Positions 39,151 through 50,315 of a stretch of DNA of 64,000 nucleotides are shown piece after piece. The position numbers were made by a program, and so were the translations under genes. The notes below the pieces were generated by a model, which made no database searches, was not told the origin of the DNA, and worked only from the letters and a program-made list of their open reading frames with translations. The stretch comes from Phoronis australis (lineage: Eukaryota > Animalia > Phoronida): contig NMRA01000092.1 in the NCBI GenBank assembly GCA_002633005.1, forward strand, positions 417,738 to 481,737, read 5' to 3'. How positions within the stretch are numbered: the stretch's first letter is position 1; every line of letters starts with the position of its first letter.

Positions 39151-40619
39151 TTAATGGAGCTATCGCAGTGAGCCTCGTTTTGGAGTGGGCTTCTTGTCTG
39201 CATGACTTAGGCTAAAATTTTCTTAATCTTTATTTTTATGGGAATATTTGACAAAATAAATTTTTACGTGTCGGCCATACGGTGTGCTAAATACAAGAAC
39301 AATTACCATATTATGAATCAGGAACTACTTTTCATTAGGTATGTAGGTATGTGCCCCAAAGAATGACTTGCCCACCATTCTAGCGTTCCTATTAATTTGT
39401 ACTCATTCTTGGTCATTAGAGAAGACTACACTGGTGATGAATTTGAATTCCGCTCAGCCATCGCTAAGGGGAATTCCGGGTCATTTTGTTCGAATACTTT
39501 TGATGTTTACTGTAGATATTGTAGGATCACAGTGCATTCAAAATCCGACAGCACTAAAATACTCCGGGATTGAGTTTGCAGCACATCCCTAACAACTCCA
39601 ATGGGAGAGCCCAGGGGGAGTCTCTCATTAGGCCACCTTTTGATTGTGATCACGTGGATTATGAAATACTGGAAATAAAATCCTATCACAATAAGGTGAC
39701 TGAACTGTAGTTGGTGCAGTGATACAAGAATGAGTGACATAGGATGTTGGGATGGTGTGGGGTGGAGGTATCTGACACCTAAAGACCATGCATTTGCATA
39801 GTTCCCTAGATTTTCCATTTAACTGATTTTGACACACAATTCTTTAACCATTTTGCCAGAGTTCTGACCAAAAATAAAAACTTTGCAACCTTTAAAACAT
39901 CAAAAATGACTGCATTCTCGGTCAAGAATGGTAATTTTTGATTTTCAACACTTAGCATGAAGAAACTGGTCTCGTTCTTTTCATTGCTCATATGAGTAAT
40001 GTTTGGGCATGAGAGGAATTGTCAGTATTATTTTTGAGATAGTGATCATGCTTGGTGTAGAAAATGAACCAGTCTACAACAAGTTCTCTTCTCTATTTGC
40101 CCAGTGCCGTAGTTTTTCTTTTCAGTCACAACTTTCTTGTGTCTACTGTAAATAGTAGATACCCGTACAGGAGTTCATTCAAGATTTCAGAAATAGGGCG
40201 TCAAAATGTGTTTCCCAATTTCTCGAGGCAACCATGACCAATGACCCGTGACAACGTTTTTATAACCCCAAAATAGATTGTTGTTTAAGTGTGGTATGTT
40301 ATTGTAGAAACATGGGTCTTCAATAAAGTTTACCGGATCTAATACTACATGATATGTTGACTAACTTTTTCATTCTGTACAGGCCAATGAGCTCTCAGAG
40401 CTGTTGTTCAAGCAAGTTAAAAGGAACACCAATGCTTACTTCCTTACTACACGCGAACGTTCAAATGGTGAACACTGGGAATCCAAACTAAGGGACTAAA
40501 TTTGAGTAAGGGTGTTCATTGCGACCCTCACACTCAATCATAGTATTGAATATATTACCTCACTAGTTTAGTTATAAACGATAATTCATCTTTCGACTTG
40601 CAGTGAGCGAATTTACAAT

Positions 40620-40796
40620 TTGTGTTAGCTGAGGTGACTTGAACAGGAAAAAAAAAACAATAATCACATCAAAATACAACTGTATAGCCCATAGGTGTCA
40701 GGCTTGTTGTGTTAGCTGAGGTGACTTGAACAGGAAAAGACCAATAATCACATCAAAATACGACTGTACCGCCCATAGTGTCACGCTTGTTGTGTT
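40620..40796. repeat. Tandem duplication, 2 x about 87 bp
   Basis: TGTGTTAGCTGAGGTGACTTGAACAGGAAAA at 40621 and 40708. Confidence 0.93.
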
Positions 40797-42241
40797 AAAC
40801 TAATCAATGCTGCTCTTCTTTACTGGTAAAAATTAACACTGACATTAAACGGCTTTTGTAACGCGCTTGTCCAACGTGTCCATGTCAATAACCTTAGCTA
40901 ATAGCTAATCTACCAATCATTTCAGTCTATGGATAAATGTTTTCTAACTAGCTGGATTTTCCTGTTTGAAGAGTGAGTATTAAGGGTTCATTTGTCATTT
41001 GGTTGACACAACTCAAACCTCAGATTGTTAGTTAGTACAGATCCAGTGCCGGTGATAGATGGTGTTTTTGTGCATGTAAGCAATTGATAATCATCTCAAA
41101 GTGCTTAAAGTGTAGTAATAACATACTATTTGAAGCTTTCAATTGGTAACATTTACTGTGACATGTTTCGGTGGAGAATAAAGCCCCTTGTAGTGCTTGG
41201 AATACAACTTGCTTTTGGTGTGTACCTCAGTGCATAATGACACTTACGCACTGTTGCCATCTAAATTTATGAATATTTACTTGCCTTATTTGAGCGAAAT
41301 AATTCCAACGAATCGATATTTACTCTTCAGGAGTGGATTTGTTTGTAGCTAGTGACATCACTATGTTATTGGTATTGTAATAATCTTGAAGAGGCTCAGC
41401 TATCACTTGATGACAACACAAAGATAAGTCATAAATGTATCTTTCACATTATCCATTGTCAGTCAAGATATCATGCCATTTGCTGAAGGATGTTAGAATA
41501 GTGTTTATAACCAGCAGTTCTTGCCTGAGGCGAGGGCGTATTATCACTGATGATTTTGATTATCTACCCTGACAGTTTTCCCTCAAGTAGTCCCCCCTGT
41601 TGGGAAAGTGTGAAATCTGTTTAGTTGGTTTCTCTAGGCCTTTTCCCATTAAGTTAAATCGTTACTCTAGGAAAATATCAACTCTAAAACATTGCCTGGT
41701 GATGACAGGACCTGTGGAGTTATAGCAAGGTAGTGCTGCAATTCTAAGGTCAGAATTTTTGGTATGTGAATTTTTTAATTAAGAAGATGCAAGTACATTA
41801 TTTGGAAACAGCTAAAATGCTTATTGAATGTTTTGAAGAAAATGCTCACTAATTTTTAGTAATCTGTGCCATTGTTGAAAGCAAGATCCGCTGATAACTT
41901 CTATGACGTGACGCAGAAGTTAAGCATTCCGCTTACGATGCGATGCGTGATGCACACTGATGCTTCGTTGTTAAGTCTACCTTTTACTGTGAAGACGAGC
42001 TGTCCTTTTAACTTGGATCTCAGACCAAATTTAAGCATTTCGTCTGACTGACGCTTCCCTAAACACCGAAGAAGCGTTGACCGTTAATGGGAAACTGTCT
42101 TTAGAAAGGGAAAAGTAACTGCTGTTAAATTATAGATTTTCACAGGTCATTCCCTTATTCTTGAGCGTAGTCTTCATCTTGAGTGACAGTATTTCTGCCC
42201 CAGGGTGTATTTTCTATGAACTTTCATGTGGTTCTTTTCAG

Positions 42242-42322
42242 ATGAATTTCTAGGACCATGTTGATGAACCAGTAGGCAACAGTTTTGACCTCTCATTTGC
42301 TTATGGCTGGCAGAGAAACACG
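42242..42322 (+). other. Probable FAM53 5'-UTR exon (81 nt)
   Basis: ttcttttcag|ATG...ACG|gtaagt, with strong acceptor and donor; contains a stop in frame with the FAM53 CDS. Confidence 0.55.
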
Positions 42323-43123
42323 GTAAGTACAGTGACCTCTCAGACAAGGTAGTTATAACATTTGCAGTCTATGCTAACATAATATTTACCATACAAATTA
42401 TGTATTGAAAAGCGTGCACAGGGTTGAAGTTTTTTACACACCCTGTTTTGACTTGACTCTGCGTTGAGTTTGAACTTTATTGTGACTTGCTTTGAGTTTG
42501 AAAATCCATGCAACGAGATTTAAGTATTGGGAAATTTGTTATTTTTCATGCAAATGAGGACGTTTTGGATTTTTGGTACTAGCTCAATGTATTTATTTCA
42601 AGACTTAACACACAAACTCCCCACAGTATGGACATCGAGTTTCAAACTTGTGGTACATGAATGTAATTATAATTCCAGTCGCATTTGTTGAGGAGAACAC
42701 TGAGTTGCCCTTTTTTCTAGCAGGTCACCATGGCAACGATTTATGCCAAAAAAGTGCACATGCATTGTGTATTACATTGTGCGCAGGAAATCCTCACCTG
42801 TTAAGTGCACAATATGGTGTGAAATTTGTAACTATGTTTTGCCGAATTTGGTAATGAAAATCAACATTGAGAAAATTATGCTTTGTTGTGCTATTCAGCC
42901 ACAATGAATTAACACTTAGCTATGCAGCCACCATGAATCAACACTTAATGTATTTTTTAGTAGAATTCTGCAGTAGTGCCTCTCTGATGCAGATTTCATT
43001 AAAAAAGATTCAACATTGATTGTTAGATAACTTCTGTAGCCATTTTTCATATTGTCTAAAATTACTCTTCACTGTGTGGATCGCATCTGTGCGGTGGCTC
43101 GATCCTGATAGACATCATTAAAT

Positions 43124-43266
43124 ATGGGCGGCACACCATAGGGGGCTGGGGGGGGCTTTAGGCTCCCACTTTTTTCATTGCTCCGGCACCCATGGTCTAT
43201 GGGCGGTGTACCACGGGGGGCTGGGGGACTATAGCCCCCACTTTTTTCAGTGCTGCGCCGCCCATG
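43124..43266. repeat. Two tandem GC-rich mini-hairpin elements of about 70 bp
   Basis: ATGGGCGG...GGGGGCTGGGGG...CCCACTTTTTTCA...CCCATG occurs twice. Confidence 0.75.
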
Positions 43267-43344
43267 TTAAAAAAACGAACGATACACAAATTAACTTGGA
43301 CCGCAGTACTTCAAAAGTACCCTAAATTCATATAAGGCAAGAAA

Positions 43345-43503
43345 TAAAATGAGACCTCATTGAGTAGAGACATCTTAGTAAAGGTCATGCCATAACAAAC
43401 CATGGTATGCCAAAAACCCTATTGCTATGTTGTGCATGGTTTGTTATGTCATGACCTTTACAATCATGATCTCTCTCTACTACTCAGTGAGGTCTCATTT
43501 TTA
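43345..43503. repeat. Palindromic foldback MITE, about 160 bp
   Basis: AAAATGAGACCTCA.TGAGTAG...GTAAAGGTCATG.CATAACAAACCATG and its reverse complement. Confidence 0.85.
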
Positions 43504-44730
43504 TGTGCCCACATATTTATATGTGGTCGCATATTACTGTCATCTCTGTGTGGGCATCCGGGCGTTCGTAGCTGTGTCTCCTAAACCCCTCGATGATATT
43601 TGGCAGATGTGTTCCTATGAAGCTGATGACGAATGATGACGAATTTCGGACCTCTACGACTACCGGTGTGCCCCCTAGTGGCAATATTAGTTTTTTTACG
43701 CTTACCTCTGTATCTTCGGAGGTCCTCAACAGATTTTCATAAAATTTGGGAGTTTGGGAGATGATGCCATCCTCCCATTTTCAGATGCATTCAAGGTACT
43801 TTGCGCCACCTAGTGGCCATTTTTACTGTTTTCAAGTCTGTTTTTTGGTGTCCACTGTCCACCCTTCTATCAACCATACCCCTGTGGCGATGATTTTGAA
43901 AAAATGGCTGATATGTTCTTTCTGTTAAGAGGGCGGCTGACGATGATTTTCCGACAGTTTTTTACTACTATTACACCTCCTAGTGGTAATTTTGTTAGTC
44001 TTTGCGCCCATGGCTGTACCTCCTAAATGCTCCACAGAACCTTTATTGAATTTTGATGATGTATTTATATGTAGTTGACAACAAAGGTTGGCGACTTTCG
44101 GATGGATGGGACTACCAGTGTGCCCCCTAGCTTCAGTTTTTAGTTTTTATATGTTTACCTCTGTATCTTCAAAGGCCATCAACAGATTTTTATAAAATTT
44201 GGCAGTTTGGCACCTGTTAGTGAGATGGCGCTATTCTCAGGTTTTTGGTTGCAGTCAAGGCACCTAGTGGCCATTGTTACTGTTTTTGAGTCTGTTTTTG
44301 GCATCTGATCCTCTGTCAACCTAACAACTCTAAGGAAGATTGTGGAAATTGCCATGTATGCTCCTAATGTGAAGATGAGGGCTGGCGATGATTTTTCGAC
44401 GACCTTGACAACTGTGGCACCTTTTAGTGGTAGTTTTTTTTTTCGCCCATGGCTGAATCTCCTTAACCATCTGCAAGATCTTTATTAAATTTAGCAAGTA
44501 TATGTATATGAACTTGACAACAAACGACGACTTTGGGATGGATCACACTACCGGTGTGCCCCTTAGTGCAAATTTTAGTTTTTTATTTTTACCTCTGTAT
44601 CTTCAAAGGTCCTCTACGTATTTTCACAAAATTTGGCAGACGGGCATCTATTAGTGAGTTGACGCTATCCTCCGGTTTCCGCTTTGATTCAAGATATTTT
44701 GCACCACCTAGTGGCCATTTTTACTGTATT
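43500..44730 (+). mobile_element. Helentron/HINE-like element with about 2.5 internal tandem units of 440-450 bp
   Basis: GTGTGCCCC.TAG...TTACCTCTGTATCTTC..AGG repeats at 43666, 44118 and 44554. The T-rich start contains the palindrome CCACATATTTATATGTGG. Reverse-orientation copies at 58770-59020 and 61790-62130. Family assignment is inferred. Confidence 0.65.
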
Positions 44731-46547
44731 AGCACTTTCCTTTGCTCTTAATTTATTTGAGCGCTGCAGTCGGCCAATCTGAACACAAGGGGCATTTCAT
44801 GAAAAATGACCTGTGAAATGAGTGGTGCAGCCACATTGACATAATTAGTTAATAATGCTTGGAACTTAATTGCATTGGTAATATTTGACAGTTTGACGTC
44901 ACCAACACTTGGCTGTTTAAACAAGTCTACAAGGACTGCACCCAACCTGTACCAAAGTTCAGGCTTATGGATATCTGGGAGAATTCTGTTAAAATTCACT
45001 CGTTCATGTTGTATTGTATCGAAGTTGTGATGCAGATCCAGTGGCTGGTTTGAAACAGAATACACAAAATACTGTTATTGATCTGTACAGTTTTGGCGAC
45101 AAGCTTTCTGTTGTGTTTAGCCTTGTAAAAATGTTGACATAATCTGCAAGTTTGCCATGGCATAGTCATGAGGGCATGTTTCTCCTATCGGAAATTGGTC
45201 TATTGTAGAGTCAACTTTTGATAATTAGTAGTTTTGTGTGAGGAAACCAAAGGGTGAGGCCAGGACTATGCATATAGGGTGACTCAAATAACCTAAACCC
45301 ATAAATTTCTTAATTCATGTATTTTTTCAAATTCGACAGATATAAACTTTAATGTATGATCGATCTTTCTGTTATAAAAGCTCAAACCAAACAAGTGGGT
45401 TTGCCATCAATTTTTTCTTTTCCGAAGAATTAGAATTAAGAACATTATATAACATTTCGAGGAGTCCGTGTTTGGGGTCAACCTGTATATTAATGAAAGC
45501 TGAGTAATGTACCACTATTAACTTTGAATAACAACATTGTATGCTGGCATTCTGTATACACTGGTCATGTTACAACACCTGCGAGCCTAGGTCTGTTCAA
45601 GAAAAATATTGTGACTGTACTCGCGTTCAAATCACAAATTTTAAAGGCTCTACTTCCACTACATTTTCATTGAAAAACTCCATGAAAGAAATTTTATTAA
45701 TGCAAATAGCATGAGGTAAACCTAGTTTCCAAACGATGCCCTTTTAACATGACATTGATTTAAAAAAACCTATTTGACCTACAATTTTTAGTTTTACTTT
45801 AGTTTTCGAATTTCCAGTGGTTGTTGAAGTTGAATGACTGAACATCGCTTTTATTGGACTGACAAAATGTGGTTGTAAACAATTCAAAAGCAGGCAGTTC
45901 TGTAATTTACAAAAGAAAAATGTTTATTATGAAAAATATGTTGTACAATAATTGGATTTAAGCCCAGAAAGTGCTAGAAAACATTAAGTAATTTACAAAG
46001 TGATCTCATTTTAGTGTTTTTATCTTTTGATTGATGACACTCATCGGATGTTCTAGGCAGCCAGGTAGCTGTATAAAGTATAACATCAAAATGCATATTT
46101 TAGTATATACCTTTGCGCCAAGGTTACCTGAGTTCTAAACTGATGAAAACAAACAACATGTATCTTAAATACTAAGTTTACATGAGTGGGGAAAACACTA
46201 GCAGTTTTACTGGTTAAAACACGTCTGAAAATGCGAGCATTTTAGGTAGACGAACATTAAGCTATTCTCGAAATTGGTCTTTTTCACCAGTAGTTAGTTC
46301 GTTTCCTCACCCCCAGTCAAATTTAAGAAAAAATTGATGTCAAAACGCGGTCGCTCTCTGCCATAAAATTGGTTAATACGACATTAAAAGAAGACCTATT
46401 GACCTGCGTGCATGAGTGTCTTGTGAAGTAAGTTGTCTGCGTACAAAAATGCCAGCAGTTTTGGAATAACTCAATCGCACAACATGCTGATGTTGCAGTC
46501 ACGTGATCTGTTTGCTTTGTGCAGGTGTCCAGTGCAGGTCAGCCGTG

Positions 46548-46616
46548 ATGTCCGTCCAGCACATTACTGACCGACTACGCCAGCAAAACCTCACAGGCAA
46601 CTCTCATGACTGTGCC
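46548..46616 (+). CDS. FAM53: FAM53 coding exon 1 (MSVQHITDRLRQQNLTGNSHDCA)
   Basis: Acceptor at 46524, ATG at 46548, donor GCC|gtaagt; resembles the vertebrate MVTLITEKLQSQSL start. Confidence 0.82.
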
Positions 46617-49600
46617 GTAAGTAATCTCTTTCCAGTTCGCTTATAGCATGCTGGTGCAATGTATAACCTCTGTCGACACCACACTTGAGTATGCATGCAT
46701 TTTCGCTTATATCCGACATAGTGTGCCTTTTCAAAAAGATTTTTTGCTCAAGTTTTTAGCGTAAATAGGTCATGTCTCACTTATAACTGACTGCTGTTGT
46801 TCCTTTGTTTATTCACATTTGTTAAACTGGATGCTTTTTGCATGTCTTTTTTCATTCTTGGTGTCTTTAAATATTTTGTCCTCGGGGCTCTTGGCGCCTT
46901 GATAGTGGGGGCGACTATCAGGCCCCATTCCTCTATGAAAAATATTTAAATATCGTGTGTAATATCCTTTATTAGGCCCAAAAATCATCTTCCAGTGATA
47001 AAAAATCCCTTCCGATGCTTAAAAAATAGCCTCAAGATTAGAATCAATTCTACAATTAGTAGTTTTGCGGATGAGTAGTGGCGATTTGGGAGGGGTGGAA
47101 TTGGTCGTCACTGGGGCGAGGAATTTTCAACCCATATAAAAAATTGCAATCTCAAAAGACACTGCCAGGTGAACGAGGTCCCTAGATTAGCCAAGCTTCA
47201 GTCACATTGCTGTTTGTAAAGCGTGCTCTTGTTTTGACAAATAGAGCTGCATGTGCTGGTACTGCTAATGCTGTCTATATGAAAGCATTGTAAAAAAGCA
47301 TTATTTTAATACAAACATAGATAATATCATTCATTGGTACCATCTGGGTTTTTATTATTATGTTTATTGATATTGCTCATCACTTATTGTTGTCGTTATT
47401 AGTGTTAATGTTATTATTTGTATTACTTATATTGCTAAAAGGTGTGGCATGTGATTCAGAAATTTATGAAGTTCATAAGTAATTAATTTTTAAGTTTGGG
47501 ATATTACTTAATTTTTAATGATCTTATGTTTGGGATATTAAAAGGTTTCGTAATAATTGTCAATAAAACAAACTGTAACAGCTTTTTACTTGTCTTTTTC
47601 AGACATTTCATGAAAAAATCCGCCATCATTCAGAACCTGGCCGAATCTCCAAACATTCAGGTAGGTTTGGTCTTACTGGAAAAAAATGCATCCCAATTGC
47701 TTGGAACTGTGAGTAATAAAATGCCAATTTAGTTGTTCTCTGTCATATCTTGACTTTTTGTAATGAATGTCGTATTCTTGTGACAATTGAATTATTAGCA
47801 AACATCTACTGCAGAGATAAATAATGACACATGCCATGGTCATTTATGCAAAACTTTTTATTTTGTTTGGAATCGAGTCGTAGTAGTCGGTTGACAATTT
47901 GCTTTATGCTTGCAGAATGCCGTAAACTATACAGATTACCCGCCTGTGATGGGACCAGTGAACTGTGCTGTGACAGTGGTGGGCTACACGCCTGCCTGGA
48001 GACCCCGCCCCTCAGCATCAGTGGCACAGCCATGTGCAATAGCCCTAAGGTGGCAGCCATGCCTCCAGATCCGCCCAGCAAGAGACACTGTCGGTCTCTG
48101 TCCATTCCTGGTGACCAAACGTGTCCGTCAGACCATCGTAAGCTGCACAGGCCAGTGGCGTTGAGACCGCATCACAATAATAACAAACTCAAGAGCCGTC
48201 AATCCCCGCTGGTCTTCAGTAAACCCACCAGTCCCAGTGCCTTTAATAGTATGTCGCCAATCACCACGTCAGTCACCACAAGTGACTACTTTTCCACGCC
48301 CCCTGACTCTCCTGTGCCCCGCCCAGCTTCAGTTTCCAGTGGCTACTATGACGGGTCATTGAACTCTTTAAGCGCTCCATGGTTAGAGAGCTGCCGCTCT
48401 GCGTCAACTTCAGGCCCCGTTGTTTTGTCCAAGTCTCGCAGTCTTTCATTCGAGGGAAGGATCTCTGATGATTCGTCTGCCGTGTCAGTAACGAAGGTGT
48501 GTGTCGGGTGGACACCTTCATCGCCACAGCGACTGAACATCCTACGCTGCCATTCTCAGCCTTGTGTATTACATGAGCGCGAAAGGAAATGTGGTTTGAA
48601 GCGACGTCGGGGAGAGGACCGCCCCAGTCTCAACTTTGACAAAATGAACGAGGTACTGTTGATGTTCCAGTAGCAAAACACTTCACTACAATGCAAAATT
48701 TTGTCTAAGAAAGTTTACTCTTCTCATTGTGTAATGTTTGACGTAGGAGGGGTCATGGGACCCTTTTCCCCTTGATTACATTGATATATCTAGAATTTTC
48801 AAATGGTTGTCTTGGACCCCCTTTTTAAAAAATCCCTGATCCAACCCCCCTTTTAAAAAATCCTGGATCTGCCCCTATTTCAAGATAAGCATATGGAATA
48901 TCAAAATGGCTATAGAATTGAACTTTTAATTCAGAGCACTTACTGCTGTAAAGTTGGTATCGATTTCCTCCTTACTCGGGTGAGAAGGGATTTGTGGGTA
49001 TGAAATGAACTGACAGTTTGTTATTCCATGAGACGTTGCTCGGTGCATTACATGTCACGCCGTGACAAGGAGACTTATAGAGCCAGTTCTCAAGCAACAA
49101 CAAACGTGTCAGTTCTTTCCAATCCCTGTTGTCCTACCTGTTTTGACTTAGGAACAATTTGAGACCAATTTCAAATATCTTAAGTGGTCTAAATGAAAGG
49201 CTGGCTTATACCAGCTCAAAACTGCTTTAATTAAAACGCAGTTGCACATTCCGGGCTAACAAGTAACATGACTGTTACCATGGGACGTATGTATTGTGGT
49301 GAGTCTCGTCTTGTTTTGAAGAAATAATTTTGCATTAAGGCAAAGATAACACTTCTAGTTTTCTATGATTGCGCTGCATCCATGGTGGTTCTTGTGGGCA
49401 CTACTTTTTGCATGATAATCCTGTTCAGACCTCTTTCAGTCAAACCCATGTGGTTAAAAATCTCACCAATTTGGATGAAAATAATTGGCAAACATGTCAT
49501 TTTTCATTCTTCAAAGTCTTATTACATTGTCGTCAGTGCCCCAAAAAATTTAAAACATTGTCTCTTGTGCAAAACTTGAACATGGAAAAACATTTAATTT

Positions 49601-50315
49601 GGTACCACGTATCTCTTATCAAGTATCTAAAATATATGCAAAATGAAAGAACATCACCTTCATAATGTTTCACACTTAATTTGTGTTAGCATGATTTGTT
49701 GAAAAGTTGCCTCATCAGCTATCCAAACCCGTTTAATTTTATTAGCTATGTCTATCAACCACCGGACACTGAAAAAAATTCAAAAGGAATTGCAGCGGAA
49801 GTTTTTCGGGAAGCGTGATCATTAAAATACACGCGGAGCTGGAGTGTTTGATAGTTTGTCCAACCAAATGATTTGCCCTTGGTAGAACTTTGATTTCTGT
49901 GTTGACTTAAGATTATTTTCATTTTCAGAAGTTGAGAGGCCGAGCCATTCCTCAGTCGTACAAGTCGGTGCGTAGCCTAGCTAGCGCATTTGCTGACCCA
50001 TCTCATGTACTCACCTCCATCGCCAGCTCTCCTTTGGACAGCAACATCCCAGTTGACCTCTCTCCACCACAGTCCACTGACCAAGCTAGTGAGAACCAAG
50101 TGGCAAAGGAAGAGCTGTGTGAGCATAACGTGGCTGAGCGCAGTGACAGTGGCTGTTACCTCCTGGATGACGACCCCCCACACATCGTAGGCACCCCTTC
50201 CTCAAGCTGGGATCAGAAAGGCAACCAGTCAACTGACTTCATCACCGATTCTGACCTACAATTCCCTCTGGATAATTCTGTGGAGATAGATTTAGATTTA
50301 ATTGAAAATGACTGA
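46548..50315 (+). CDS. FAM53: FAM53-family protein, whole CDS span; join 46548-46616, 47603-47660, 47916-48652, 49929-50315 (about 416 aa)
   Basis: FAM53 motifs: N-terminal ITDRLRQQNL, PPSKRHCRSLS, STPPDSPVPRPAS, RCHSQPCVL...KCGLKRRR..DRPSLNFDKM, C-terminal IDLDLIEND. Exon phases are consistent. Confidence 0.93.
47603..47660 (+). CDS. FAM53: FAM53 coding exon 2 (TFHEKIRHHSEPGRISKHS)
   Basis: tttttcag|ACA...CAG|gtaggt, 58 nt; supplies the phase 0 to phase 1 shift needed for the next exon. Confidence 0.8.
47916..48652 (+). CDS. FAM53: FAM53 large coding exon 3
   Basis: tgcag|AA TGC...GAG|gtactg; lies within ORF 47831..48673. Confidence 0.93.
49929..50315 (+). CDS. FAM53: FAM53 last coding exon
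   Basis: ttttcag|AAG TTG...GAC TGA; acidic C-terminal EIDLDLIEND. Confidence 0.9.
   Translation, partial: KLRGRAIPQSYKSVRSLASAFADPSHVLTSIASSPLDSNIPVDLSPPQSTDQASENQVAKEELCEHNVAERSDSGCYLLDDDPPHIVGTPSSSWDQKGNQSTDFITDSDLQFPLDNSVEIDLDLIEND

Noticed and set aside
44748-45065. 105-aa minus-strand ORF as a gene
   Set aside because: Non-ATG start, no recognisable domain and no supporting splice partners; more likely intronic sequence.
47806-48540. Minus-strand ORFs overlapping the large FAM53 exon
   Set aside because: These are antisense shadows of a GC-richer coding exon, with no recognisable motifs.
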